From an uncultured Pseudomonadota bacterium (GTDB taxonomy: Bacteria; Oederibacteriota; Muellerivitia; Muellerivitales; Muellerivitaceae), in NCBI GenBank assembly GCA_963843375.1, contig CAWJKT010000009.1, forward strand, positions 224,001-288,000: DNA of 64,000 bases, read 5' to 3'. Every line of letters starts with the position of its first letter. The first letter of the stretch is position 1. The position numbers and the translations under genes are program-made. The notes under the pieces are model-generated. The model saw only the letters and a list, made by a program, of their open reading frames with translations. It was not told the DNA's origin and did not search any database. Below are positions 1 to 10,513 of the stretch, one piece after another.

Positions 1-726
1 AAGGAGCCCTGCGGGACGGCGGAAGAGATTATCGGCACCGCGAAACCGCTCAGCCGCAGGTGGTTTGAAAAGGTGGAGGAATACCGTTACCAGGTTGAGC
101 CCTTTATTCCCGATCTGGTGGGTTTTAATCAATACAAGGGGAAAAAGGTGCTGGAAATTGGGGTGGGGACGGGGACCGACCATCTGCAATGGGCCAAGGC
201 TGGCGCCCAATGTTATGGGGTGGATTTGACGGAAGCGGCTATTCGGACCACGAGAAAACACCTGGCTTATTACGGATTAAAGTCCAATTTAAGGCGGATT
301 GACGCCCAGAAACTGCCTTTCAAGGATAAAACTTTTGACGTGGTTTATTCCTGGGGCGTCATCCACCACGCGGAAAAGCCGGAATCCATCATCCGTGAAA
401 TCCAAAGGGTCTTGAAACCTGGCGGCGTTTTTATCGGGATGTTTTACGGGCGCTATTCGGTTTTGACTTTCAAGCGCTGGGTGAAATACGCCCTTTTGAA
501 GGGAAAACCTTGGCGGACATTTTCAGACGTGATTTGGCACCACATGGAAAGCGTGGGGACTAAGGCCTATACGGTTGGGGAACTTCGGGGACTTTTTTCA
601 GGCTTTGGAAATTTCGAGGGAAAACAAATTTTGACCTGGCATGACGTTAAAAAGTTGCCGGGGTTTGCTCGAATTTTTCTACCGGACAAATGGGGTTGGT
701 TCATCGTGGTGAGGGCGGTCAAATAA
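1..726 (+). CDS. Class I SAM-dependent methyltransferase (5' end outside window)
   Basis: VLEIGVGTG motif I, FDVVYSWGVIHH, RVLKPGG; frame is open back to base 1. Confidence 0.85.
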   Translation, partial: KEPCGTAEEIIGTAKPLSRRWFEKVEEYRYQVEPFIPDLVGFNQYKGKKVLEIGVGTGTDHLQWAKAGAQCYGVDLTEAAIRTTRKHLAYYGLKSNLRRIDAQKLPFKDKTFDVVYSWGVIHHAEKPESIIREIQRVLKPGGVFIGMFYGRYSVLTFKRWVKYALLKGKPWRTFSDVIWHHMESVGTKAYTVGELRGLFSGFGNFEGKQILTWHDVKKLPGFARIFLPDKWGWFIVVRAVK

Positions 727-1082
727 AATTGGTTTAGATTTCCATGTGGGCGGGAAAAAATTCTTTATTTGTGAAAGGGATAATTTAGCCCCCAAAGCTG
801 ACCATGCAGGAATTATCGGCTTTTTTGGCTTCTGGATCATCGAAACTCATTTCGACAAAATAACAAAATAGCCGTCTTCGCTTTTCCCCTGGAAATCCCA
901 CATGGATGATCAAAGCTTGAATTCTTTACCGCGAAAAACGTAATATTTCGGCGGTGATGGGTGTAAAATGGATTTGTAATCTTTCAACCGCCTATGGCTT
1001 GCCTGCCCGGGTTCTTTCGTCCAAACAAAACAATCAAACATCTTTTTCTTATCATTGATCTCAGACTCAGGAGGAAATCAAC

Positions 1083-2168
1083 ATGATTGATTTCGCGCGT
1101 GATAACAACATAAACCCTGTCAAACCCGTAAATGCCGGCGTCCACGAAACGCTGGCCAAGACCGCCTATTTCTTTCACCGTAAGGGGGACGCCCTTTTTA
1201 TTTCCAGCCGGTTCCAGGAAGCTGTGGCCGCCTTCCAAAAGAGTCTGGAGGCCTACCAAGCGGAAGGGGATTCCCAAGGCGCGGGGCTTTGCCTGACGCG
1301 GCTGGGGCGGTCGCTTGAAATCCTTGGTGAGTATGAACAGGCCCGCCAACGCTACGTGGAAAGTTTGAAAATTTTCCAGGAAACCAGAGACTCGCAGGGC
1401 ATAGCGCGAAGCAAGGCCCACCTGGGTAACGTGGGTTGGGCCACGGGCGATTACCAGGAGGCGTCCAACTTTTTACAGGAGGCTTTGGCGTTTTATAAAG
1501 AGGGGGAGGATAGGGCGGGGGAGGCTTGGGTCCATGATTTGATGGGCAACTTGAGGCTAGCCATGCGCGAGGACGGGAAGGCTGAAAGCCATTACCAGAC
1601 GGCCTACGCCCTGGCTCAAGAACTGGGCGACAACCTGCAGTTGGAGGCTTGGAATCATTACCACTTGGGGGCCGTGGCCCTTTTCCGGGGTCAAATTGTT
1701 GGAGCCCGGGAACGCTTCTCCAAAGCTCTCGAATATTTCGTGCGGCTGAACGACGACCTGGGGCAAGTGGCCACCTTGATCCATCTAGGTGAGATCGCTT
1801 GCGCGCAGAAAAACATGGAGGAAGCGGAGGAACATCTACTCAAGGCCGTTCAGATGGTTCTTCCCACCGAGTGCAAACCACTTTTGGCGGACGCCCTAAC
1901 CGGGTTGGCCCAAAACCTGAAGGCAAAGGGGGAGGGCCGCAAGGCCATCAGCCTTCTCATGGTGGCTCTTTCCCATCCCACTTGCCGGCGACAGACCAAG
2001 GACCGGATGGTCGACTTGGTCTTGCAATTGGAATCCAATTTTGTTCGCGAGGAAGTGAAGGACGGCTTCAAGTGGGCCAAAGCCGTGAGCCTTGAGGAAA
2101 TGGCTGCCGCTTGGATGTCCGCCGCGTTGAAAGAAAAGCCCAAAACCAAGAGGAAGAAGACCACCTAA
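1083..2168 (+). CDS. Tetratricopeptide-repeat protein
   Basis: Tandem TPR-like helices (LG...G.Y..A...Y..SL); AGGAGG RBS upstream. Confidence 0.8.
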   Translation: MIDFARDNNINPVKPVNAGVHETLAKTAYFFHRKGDALFISSRFQEAVAAFQKSLEAYQAEGDSQGAGLCLTRLGRSLEILGEYEQARQRYVESLKIFQETRDSQGIARSKAHLGNVGWATGDYQEASNFLQEALAFYKEGEDRAGEAWVHDLMGNLRLAMREDGKAESHYQTAYALAQELGDNLQLEAWNHYHLGAVALFRGQIVGARERFSKALEYFVRLNDDLGQVATLIHLGEIACAQKNMEEAEEHLLKAVQMVLPTECKPLLADALTGLAQNLKAKGEGRKAISLLMVALSHPTCRRQTKDRMVDLVLQLESNFVREEVKDGFKWAKAVSLEEMAAAWMSAALKEKPKTKRKKTT

Positions 2169-2402
2169 AAGGGACTTATCTAATTAAATCCCCCAAGCTT
2201 CTGTATGAAAAATTCCCCCCGTTTTTCAAACGGGGAGGTTTATTTCGACAACTTCAAATTTCACTTAGGTTCTTAACTTTATAATCGCAAAAAAGGCGTC
2301 TGACCAGCCTCCGCCCTTCGTTTTTGCCTGGCCCAAAAATCCCTGACTTATGCCCGGTTATGGCTATAATTGGCTTTTCCATTTTGACCCAAAGGAACGG
2401 CC

Positions 2403-4301
2403 ATGTGCGGGATTGTCGGGGCTTTCGGTTTTAAAAATTGCTCTTTCCCCATCACCGAACCTTATATCGCCAAGATGCGCGATACCATGGCGCACCGGGG
2501 GCCGGACGGGGTGGGAGCTTGGATTTCCAAGGACCAAAAGGTCGGGATGGGGCACCGGCGGCTTTCCATCATCGATCTTTCCACCATCGCCAACCAGCCC
2601 ATGGCCAACTCGGACGGAAGCCTGCAGGTGGTCTTCAACGGGGAAATTTACAACCACGCCGATATCCGCAAAGAACTCAACCAGATCGGGAAGTTCCAAT
2701 GGAAAACCGACCATTCGGACACCGAGGTCATTCTTCACGCCTTCGAACAATGGGGGATTGAGTGCCTCCACAAGTTTCGAGGGATGTTCGCCATCGGGCT
2801 TTGGGACGAAAAGAAACGGGAACTTTGGCTGGTCCGGGACCGGTTGGGCATTAAACCCCTTTACTATAGTCTTCATGATAACCGCATCACCTTCGCCTCT
2901 GAAATCAAGGCGCTTCTGCAGGACCCCGACCAAAAGCGGGCTGTGCATGAGGAAGCCCTATTCCATTATCTTTCTTTTCTCACGACGCCCGCTCCCCAAA
3001 CTCTTTTCGACGGCATTCTCAAGCTTCCGCCGGGAACTTGGCTGCGAATCCGTGAGGACGGCACGACCGAGGAAAAGCGCTATTGGGACATTTGGGACAA
3101 CGCCCATTCCCTGGAGGGGGTTTCAGAGGATGAGATTGCCAAGCGGCTTTTGGATGAATTGAAAACCGCGGTCAAGCTTCGCAAAGTCAGCGATGTTCCC
3201 GTGGGCGTGTTTTTATCCGGAGGAATCGATTCCTCCACCAATGCCGCCCTTTTCTCCCAAGGGGACAACCAGAAAGTCAAAACCTTCAGTATCGGGTACA
3301 AGGGGTCCTATCAGTCCTACCAGAATGAGCTTCACTACGCCAAACAAGTGGCCGATTATGTGGGGGCCGAATACCACGAACTGCTCCTGGATATCGACGA
3401 CTTGATGAATTTCCTGCCCAAAATGGTTCATTTGCAGGATGAACCCATCGCCGATCCGGTTTGCGTGCCGGTTTATTACGTTTCCAAACTGGCCCGGGAA
3501 AACGGGGTCATGGTCTGCCAGGTGGGTGAAGGGGCGGATGAACTCTTCTGGGGTTATAACGGCTGGAAAAAGGAACTGAAATACCAGCGCATCATGGACA
3601 AACCCATTCCCGCTTTCCTCAAAAAACTTGGGCTTCTTCCCCTGAAGCTGTTGGGCCGCCGTTATTCGGCCCATTATGAAAGATTGCGGCGCAGTTCTTT
3701 GGGCCAACCCATTTTCTGGGGCGGGGCCGAAGCCTTTACCCAAACGCAAAAGATGAAACTTTTATCGCCCCGCTTGAGGAAAAAATTCAAGAACTTCACT
3801 TCCTGGGAGGCTTTGAAGCCCATCCGGGAACGGTTCGAAAAAAATGCTTGGGAAAAAACGCCGCTTCAATGGATGAGCTACCTGGACCTGAACCTGAGGC
3901 TTCCCGAACTTTTGCTGATGCGGGTGGACAAGATGAGTATGGGCGTTTCGTTGGAAGGCAGGGTGCCTTTCCTGGACCACAAGTTCGTGGAACTTTCCAT
4001 GAGCATTCCCGAATCGATGAAGACCAAGAACGGGACCCTGAAATACATCCTTAAAAAAGCGGTGCGGGGGGTTATTCCCGACGAGATCATCGATCGGCCC
4101 AAGCAGGGTTTTGGGGTGCCGATTTACGAGTGGTTCTTCGACAAATTGGGGGAGAAAACCCGGCAGGAACTGGAGGAATTTTGCGCTAAGACCGACTTCC
4201 TCGATCGGGACGAGGTTTTCCGATATATTGAGAAAGGCGAGGGCCCCCAAGTCTGGTACCTGCTGAACTTCGCGCTTTGGTGGAAGGAATATGTCGCCTG
4301 A
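2403..4301 (+). CDS. asnB: Asparagine synthase (glutamine-hydrolysing) family amidotransferase, probably polysaccharide-modifying
   Basis: MCGIVG N-terminal Cys, HRGPDG, RLSIIDL, FNGEIYN, LSGGIDSS, GEGADE, RVPFLDH. Confidence 0.93.
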   Translation: MCGIVGAFGFKNCSFPITEPYIAKMRDTMAHRGPDGVGAWISKDQKVGMGHRRLSIIDLSTIANQPMANSDGSLQVVFNGEIYNHADIRKELNQIGKFQWKTDHSDTEVILHAFEQWGIECLHKFRGMFAIGLWDEKKRELWLVRDRLGIKPLYYSLHDNRITFASEIKALLQDPDQKRAVHEEALFHYLSFLTTPAPQTLFDGILKLPPGTWLRIREDGTTEEKRYWDIWDNAHSLEGVSEDEIAKRLLDELKTAVKLRKVSDVPVGVFLSGGIDSSTNAALFSQGDNQKVKTFSIGYKGSYQSYQNELHYAKQVADYVGAEYHELLLDIDDLMNFLPKMVHLQDEPIADPVCVPVYYVSKLARENGVMVCQVGEGADELFWGYNGWKKELKYQRIMDKPIPAFLKKLGLLPLKLLGRRYSAHYERLRRSSLGQPIFWGGAEAFTQTQKMKLLSPRLRKKFKNFTSWEALKPIRERFEKNAWEKTPLQWMSYLDLNLRLPELLLMRVDKMSMGVSLEGRVPFLDHKFVELSMSIPESMKTKNGTLKYILKKAVRGVIPDEIIDRPKQGFGVPIYEWFFDKLGEKTRQELEEFCAKTDFLDRDEVFRYIEKGEGPQVWYLLNFALWWKEYVA

Positions 4302-4306
4302 TCCAA

Positions 4307-5617
4307 ATGATTCGTCAATATATCGCTGACCACGGGGGAACCCCCGCCTCGGCCCTTCATTATTTTGGGAATCATTTATTCCATTCCAATTTCGTCCGGA
4401 AGGTCTTTCAAACCTACAGCAACCGGCTTTTGATGATTGCCTTTGGACTGGTCGGAAGCGTTCTGACGGCCCGGCTTTTAGGACCGGAAGGCCGCGGCTA
4501 TTTAGGGGTCTTTTGGGCTGTGGCGGGCGTGGGCGTGCAATTCATCAACCTAGGCCTCCAATCCTCCAATACTTTTTACATCTCCAAGGATAAATCCATC
4601 CTTCCCCAGACCATGGGCAATAGCCTGGCGGTCGGCTTGGGGTTGGGTGCCTCTACTGCACTCCTCGCGGGCCTCTTTTTTTGGATCTGGCCTCAGTTTT
4701 CACCACTTCCTTCCACCCTCCTGGTCCTGTCCTTGGCGACCATTCCCATTGGGTTGACCGGCATGTTCCTTCAAAACATTCTTTTGGGGCTGGGGGATGT
4801 GCGGTATTTCAACCTGATCGAACTTTGCGGGAAAATCCTGACCGTGATTGTTTTGGGGATCCTTTTATTGGGGCACTGGGTGGATGTCATTTCGGTTTCG
4901 GTTTTAAGCCTGGGCATATCCCTTTTTACTTTGGGATGGTATTGGGCGAAGTCGGCGGGGTATCTCAAGGGCCCCTTGAAGGTTTCGTGGGATATTTTCC
5001 GTGATCATTTGAGATACGGGTTTAAAGCTTATGTCGCCGCTTTTTTTGGTTTCCTGCTTTTGAGAGTGGACATCCTGATGGTGCAATATATTTCGGGGCC
5101 GAAAGACACGGGCTATTACTCCATGTCCTCGACCATGGCGGATTACTTGTATTTGCTTCCGATGACGGTAGGAACCATTTTGTTTCCCAACCTTTCCTCC
5201 CTGCCTTCCAAACTGGAGATGTGGCGAAGGACCCAAAAGGTTTGCGGGATATTGACCCTGGTTTTTATTCCGGTCGTTTTGCTTTCCATCCTCCTGGCCA
5301 AACCGATCGTCGTGTTGCTCTATGGAAAGGCTTTTGAGCCCGCCGTTTTCCCGTACCAAATCCTGGCTTGCGCCATGATCTTTTACGGCATCAACACCGT
5401 TCTTTCCAATTTCCTGGCGGCAACGGGTTTTCCCTGGTTCTCGGTTTACGTCTGGATCGCGGCCCTCATCGTGAATGTGGGGTTGAACTTGTTTCTCATA
5501 CCCAAATACGGGCCGGCAGGGGCGGCTTGGGCCTCGCTGGCGGGATACTTTTTGGTGTTTGTCCTTCAATACCAATTTATCATCGGCAAAGAAATGAAAG
5601 GGCAAGCCAAGGTATGA
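4307..5617 (+). CDS. Wzx-type polysaccharide flippase
   Basis: Many TM helices, ARLLGPEGRG, LIPKYGPAGAAWAS. Confidence 0.85.
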   Translation: MIRQYIADHGGTPASALHYFGNHLFHSNFVRKVFQTYSNRLLMIAFGLVGSVLTARLLGPEGRGYLGVFWAVAGVGVQFINLGLQSSNTFYISKDKSILPQTMGNSLAVGLGLGASTALLAGLFFWIWPQFSPLPSTLLVLSLATIPIGLTGMFLQNILLGLGDVRYFNLIELCGKILTVIVLGILLLGHWVDVISVSVLSLGISLFTLGWYWAKSAGYLKGPLKVSWDIFRDHLRYGFKAYVAAFFGFLLLRVDILMVQYISGPKDTGYYSMSSTMADYLYLLPMTVGTILFPNLSSLPSKLEMWRRTQKVCGILTLVFIPVVLLSILLAKPIVVLLYGKAFEPAVFPYQILACAMIFYGINTVLSNFLAATGFPWFSVYVWIAALIVNVGLNLFLIPKYGPAGAAWASLAGYFLVFVLQYQFIIGKEMKGQAKV

Positions 5618-7227
5618 CGACTTCCAAAATCATCATTTACCGTTCTTCGCCCTATGTGGTGGAACCCGGCGCGCCGGCAGATGACGGGCAAAGGGTGGTT
5701 TCATTTGAGGAACTAAAGGAATGGCTGAAGAGCGGAAAGATATTACTGCATTTTTTCGGTTATGACGAAGCCATCCTGGTGACGGCGGATTTGAAACTGA
5801 TCGCTAAACCTTTCGTGACCGCCCTTTTGCTTTGGTCGTTGGCCAGGAAAAGAAGCGTGATGCGCGACGACCATGGCGCGGTCCAGGAGGTGCGGATCTC
5901 CTTTCTCGTGTCCCTTTTCCAAAAGTTCCTGAAGGATTTCATGGAGAAGAGGAGGTTCTTCAGGGATTTGGAACTTCAAGTGAAGGCCTTGTACGGGGAG
6001 GGAAAGGCCGGGGCGAATCACCCATTGGATTTGTCACTCCCGCCCGTTTACCTGCGCACGGACCTGGTTTTTGGTTTGAAATCCGGCGGGTCGGTAGGGC
6101 ATATCGCTGGAGTTTTGAACCATCTGGACCAATTCACGGGAAAGCCGATTTTCCTCACCACCGATACCATTCCCACCGTCCGGACTGATTTGGAAACCCA
6201 CCCGATTCTCCCCGGGGAGCAGTTCTGGGATTTCAGTGAAATGCCGGCGTTTCATTACAACCACGTGTTTTATGCCCAGGCCCTCAGGCAGTTGGGGGAC
6301 AGGAAAATTTCGTTCATTTACCAGCGTTACAGCCTGAATAACTTTTCCGGGCTTCAACTGGCCCGGCACTACCGGGTTCCCTTCGTGTTGGAATACAACG
6401 GATCGGAAATTTGGGTGGGGCGAAATTGGGGAAGCGTTTTGAAGTATGAGGCCATGTCCGAAAAAATCGAGGACCTTAATTTAAGAGAATGCGACATGGC
6501 GGTGGTGGTCAGCCGGCCCCTGAAAGATGAATTGGTCAAGAGGGGCGTTACTGAGGATAAAATCCTGGTCAACCCCAACGGGGTGGACGTTGATAAATAT
6601 TCACCCCAAGTGGACGGGTCGAAAGTCCGGCAGAAATACGGCCTGGAGGGCAAAAAGGTGCTGGGTTTCATCGGAACTTTTGGCCGCTGGCACGGGGCGG
6701 AAGTCTTGGCCCAGGCTTTCGGGGAATTGGTCAAATGTAATCCCGAGTACCGTGAACAGGCGAGGCTTTTGATGGTTGGGGATGGAATCACCCTGCCCCT
6801 GGTGAAGGACATTCTCGGGAAATTCGAGGTACTGGACCTTTGCGTGCTGACCGGAACTCTGCCCCAGGCCGAAGGCCCCGCCCATCTGGCTGCCTGCGAT
6901 ATATTGGCGGCGCCCACGGTGCCTAACCCCGATGGCACGCCTTTCTTCGGTTCCCCCACAAAGCTTTTTGAATATATGGCTATGGGAAAGGGAATCGTGG
7001 CCTCGGACTTGGATCAGATCGGCGAAATATTGAAGCATCAAGTAACAGCTTGGATGGTTAAGCCCGGGGATAAGGATTCCTTAAAAGAAGGCTTGAAAGT
7101 TTTGATCGAGGATAAAGCGCTGCGGGAAAGGCTGGGACGGGCAGCCCGGGAAGAGTGCTCGGCCAAGTACACCTGGAAAGAACACACCCGCAAGATCATC
7201 GAAAAGCTAAAAGCGAGACTCGGGTGA
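5614..7227 (+). CDS. GT4 family glycosyltransferase
   Basis: VNPNGVD, GFIGTFGRWHG, SPTKLFEYMAMG; ATG overlaps flippase stop. Confidence 0.85.
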   Translation: MTTSKIIIYRSSPYVVEPGAPADDGQRVVSFEELKEWLKSGKILLHFFGYDEAILVTADLKLIAKPFVTALLLWSLARKRSVMRDDHGAVQEVRISFLVSLFQKFLKDFMEKRRFFRDLELQVKALYGEGKAGANHPLDLSLPPVYLRTDLVFGLKSGGSVGHIAGVLNHLDQFTGKPIFLTTDTIPTVRTDLETHPILPGEQFWDFSEMPAFHYNHVFYAQALRQLGDRKISFIYQRYSLNNFSGLQLARHYRVPFVLEYNGSEIWVGRNWGSVLKYEAMSEKIEDLNLRECDMAVVVSRPLKDELVKRGVTEDKILVNPNGVDVDKYSPQVDGSKVRQKYGLEGKKVLGFIGTFGRWHGAEVLAQAFGELVKCNPEYREQARLLMVGDGITLPLVKDILGKFEVLDLCVLTGTLPQAEGPAHLAACDILAAPTVPNPDGTPFFGSPTKLFEYMAMGKGIVASDLDQIGEILKHQVTAWMVKPGDKDSLKEGLKVLIEDKALRERLGRAAREECSAKYTWKEHTRKIIEKLKARLG

Positions 7228-9350
7228 AGAATTTTTTTTACTATCTCAAACGCGCGATTTCCATGCCGCCGCATATCGCGGTAGGGAAAGCCCTTGCGAA
7301 AGTTTCTAATCGATATAGGGATGCCCGGGAAAGAAAAATGGATACAACCTTTTCCACTTACAAGCCTATTGGTTTCACCAAGGGTTGGAAATTGGCTCCC
7401 CGCGAAATGGACCTGGCGAAAGCCCTGACGTTGGTACCGGTCAGTTCCGTTCATGAAAGAACCAACCGGATTTTAGCCCATGAGTTCAACCTTTTGGGTT
7501 CGGGCTGGGTCAAGGTCCGCCATGGCGTGGAATGCGCCGGTTTGGAGGGAAGTTCCTTCAAGGCGGGGGAAAAGGCGTCGGCGGATTCGGAAGGTCGCTG
7601 GCTTATCCCCCGCATCAACGAAAAGAATATCCCGGAGTCCCGGCGGATTTGGGGGCTGATTGAGCAAAACTACGAACCCATCGACTGGCAGTTGGATTTC
7701 AAGTCAGGGTACCGGTGGCGCGAAAATGCCCTGAGCCGCGATATCACCTATGGGGAATTGCGGGGTCAGGACGTGAAGGTACCCTGGGAATTGGCCCGCA
7801 TGCAGCACCTGCCAACCCTGGCCTGGGCCTTTGGGTTCGCGGTTCAAAAAACGAAAGTATTTGAGGCGCCCGAAATTTATTTAAATGAATTTCGGAATCA
7901 AATTCTTGATTTTATTGCAACCAACCCGCCCCGTTACGGGGTGAATTGGTCCTGCACCATGGACGTGGGCATCCGTGTGGCCAATTGGGTGTTGGCTTAT
8001 GACTTGTTCCGTTCACTGGGAGCGAAATTTGATTCGGAATTCGAGGAAACTTTTTCCAAAAGCATTTTTGAACATGCCGACCATATTTACCATCATCTCG
8101 AATGGGACCCCCTGCTGAGGTCGAACCATTATCTTGCCGATATCGCGGGGCTTCTTTGGGCCGTTTGGCCTATGGCGGGGTTTGGCCGCTCCGTCCAGGC
8201 CCGTTGTTGGGGGAAGTTTGCTGGAAAAGAATTTGATAAGGAGATTTTTTCCCAATTCCATGCGGAGGGGAGCAATTTTGAGGGCTCCACCAGCTATCAC
8301 CGCTTGAGCGCAGAAATGATCGCCTATACCACGGCCCTCAGGCTTGGAGGCGGGGAAGGTAAAGTTCAACCCCGAATGAAATTATCCCGGGATTATCTTA
8401 AAAGGCTGGAAGGTATGGCCCTATTCACTTTGAACCTGACGAAACCCGATGGGAATGTGGTTCAAATGGGTGACAACGACAGCGGGCGTTTCTTCAAACT
8501 TCTTCCTGTTGAAGACAATACCCTGGACCACCGGCACTTACTGGGGGCTTTTAATGGCTTATTCCATCGGAAGGAATGGGCGGAGGCGGCCCAGGGTTTT
8601 GAGGCTGAAACGGAATTGATCCGCCAGTTAACCGGCGGGGCGGAAATCAAACTGAACGAACCCGAATCCAAAGATTCCCCTAGGATATCCTATCCCGACT
8701 TCGGCCTTTACCGTATGACCCAAGGGCCCTGGTGGCTTTGCGTGCGCTGCGGACCGGTGGGCCAAAAAGGAAACGGCGGCCATGCCCATAACGACCAGCT
8801 TTCCTTCGAGCTTTGCGTGGACGGTCGTTCCTGCCTGGTGGACCCGGGGACCTTTGTTTACACCCCCTTGCCGGAAGAAAGAAACAAGTTCCGCTCCAGC
8901 GCCATGCACAATACCCTGTCCCTGAATGGTCAAGAACAAAACCCCTTTGGGCCCGAGTTGTTTAGGCTCAAAGACAAGGCCCAGGCTAAAGTGATGGATT
9001 TCCGGGAGGGGCACTTTGTGGGGGAACACAAAGGTTTTGGCGCGGCCCACCGTCGAACATTGAAGCTGGATGAAAGCGGTTTGAAAGGTCTGGACGAATG
9101 CGCGGGTGAAGGGACCAAGTTTATTTATTTTCATGCCGCCCCGGGTTGGGAAGCGGGCGTGGAAGATCCTCATCACGCTCATTTGACGGGAGGGACGAAG
9201 AAAATCAAACTTGAATCGGCGGACGGGGAATGGCTGGCGCAGGAAAGCAATTATTCCGGTGAATATGGCAAGAAGGAAACTTCTCGTGTTTTGATCTTGA
9301 AGTCCAACGCTGACAAAATCGCCTGGAAAATCTGGGCGGGGGAAAAATAA
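7224..9350 (+). CDS. Heparinase II/III-family protein
   Basis: DVKVPWELARMQH, SNHYLAD, EGSTSYH, GGHAHNDQLSF, VDPGTFVY. Confidence 0.85.
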   Translation: MKNFFYYLKRAISMPPHIAVGKALAKVSNRYRDARERKMDTTFSTYKPIGFTKGWKLAPREMDLAKALTLVPVSSVHERTNRILAHEFNLLGSGWVKVRHGVECAGLEGSSFKAGEKASADSEGRWLIPRINEKNIPESRRIWGLIEQNYEPIDWQLDFKSGYRWRENALSRDITYGELRGQDVKVPWELARMQHLPTLAWAFGFAVQKTKVFEAPEIYLNEFRNQILDFIATNPPRYGVNWSCTMDVGIRVANWVLAYDLFRSLGAKFDSEFEETFSKSIFEHADHIYHHLEWDPLLRSNHYLADIAGLLWAVWPMAGFGRSVQARCWGKFAGKEFDKEIFSQFHAEGSNFEGSTSYHRLSAEMIAYTTALRLGGGEGKVQPRMKLSRDYLKRLEGMALFTLNLTKPDGNVVQMGDNDSGRFFKLLPVEDNTLDHRHLLGAFNGLFHRKEWAEAAQGFEAETELIRQLTGGAEIKLNEPESKDSPRISYPDFGLYRMTQGPWWLCVRCGPVGQKGNGGHAHNDQLSFELCVDGRSCLVDPGTFVYTPLPEERNKFRSSAMHNTLSLNGQEQNPFGPELFRLKDKAQAKVMDFREGHFVGEHKGFGAAHRRTLKLDESGLKGLDECAGEGTKFIYFHAAPGWEAGVEDPHHAHLTGGTKKIKLESADGEWLAQESNYSGEYGKKETSRVLILKSNADKIAWKIWAGEK

Positions 9351-10513
9351 TGCCTCCCAAAAAAATTCTTATGGCCTGCGCCAATTTCTGGACATCACCC
9401 TTCCAGGTGGGAAGCCATCACTTGGCCCGGGAGTTCGTCCGCCGGGGCTGGCAGGTCGCCTTTATTTCCGACCCCATTTCCCCTTTCCATCTGCTGGGTG
9501 GCAAGGGCGGGGAATTGCGGGAGAGGTTCCGGATTTACCGGCAGGGTGGGATGCAGGACCTGAACGGAAAACTTTGGGCATATGTTCCTTTCACCCTAGC
9601 CAGCCCCCACAACAAACCCTTCCTTCGGTCCGGATGGGTCCAGAATCATTGGCCCCAACTCTCAATACCCCATCTCGTATTCAAAATTGTCCAACAAGGA
9701 TTTGGTGAAGTTGACCTTCTCTATTTGGACAGCGTGGCTCAGGCTTTTTGGCTGAAATATATCAAGTCGAATAGGGCCTTCTTTCGGATAGCGGACAATA
9801 ACCAGGGGTTTGAAAGGTTCACCCAAGCGTCTCGGGAGGCCGAAAGGAAGTTGGCGCAAGGAGTTGATGCCGTCGTCTATTCCGCCGATAACTTGAAAAA
9901 AGTAATCGAGGTTTTAAAACCCCGGAAAATGTTCCATTTGCCCAATGGCGTGAACTTCACCCATTTTGATGGCCCCGAATCCCCTCAGCCGAAGGAATAC
10001 AAGAGGTTTCCAAAACCTATCGTGGTTTATGTGGGGGCGATCGAAGAATGGTTTAATTTCAAATGGCTTCGACGGGCGGCGGAAAGGTTAAACAAGGTTT
10101 CTTTTGTCCTGATCGGTTCCACCCGGGCCGCGGGGGAGTTCGCCGCGTTGAGTAATGTCCATTTCCTGGGACCCCGCCCTTATTCGGAAATTCCGGCCTA
10201 CTTAAAACATGCCCAAGTCGGGATCATTCCATTCGACTTGGAGGGACACTCTGATTTGGTGAACAGTATCCATCCCCTGAAACTTTATGAATACATGGCT
10301 TGCGGGTTGCCGGTGGTGGCCACCGCCTGGGGAGAGTTGGAGCACCTGAAAAGTCCCGCTATCTTGGCTCGCACCGAAGGTCAGTTTATCCAGGGACTCC
10401 AGAAAGCCATTGATCGCCCGGGAAGCAAAGCCTTTTACCGCCAATATGCCCGCAAACAGGATTGGTCCGGAAGGGTGGACAGTCTTTTGAAGTTTTTGGG
10501 GAAATTGAAATGA
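9350..10513 (+). CDS. Glycosyltransferase (GT-B fold)
   Basis: LPNGVNF, YVGAI, PLKLYEYMACGLPVV. Confidence 0.85.
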   Translation: MPPKKILMACANFWTSPFQVGSHHLAREFVRRGWQVAFISDPISPFHLLGGKGGELRERFRIYRQGGMQDLNGKLWAYVPFTLASPHNKPFLRSGWVQNHWPQLSIPHLVFKIVQQGFGEVDLLYLDSVAQAFWLKYIKSNRAFFRIADNNQGFERFTQASREAERKLAQGVDAVVYSADNLKKVIEVLKPRKMFHLPNGVNFTHFDGPESPQPKEYKRFPKPIVVYVGAIEEWFNFKWLRRAAERLNKVSFVLIGSTRAAGEFAALSNVHFLGPRPYSEIPAYLKHAQVGIIPFDLEGHSDLVNSIHPLKLYEYMACGLPVVATAWGELEHLKSPAILARTEGQFIQGLQKAIDRPGSKAFYRQYARKQDWSGRVDSLLKFLGKLK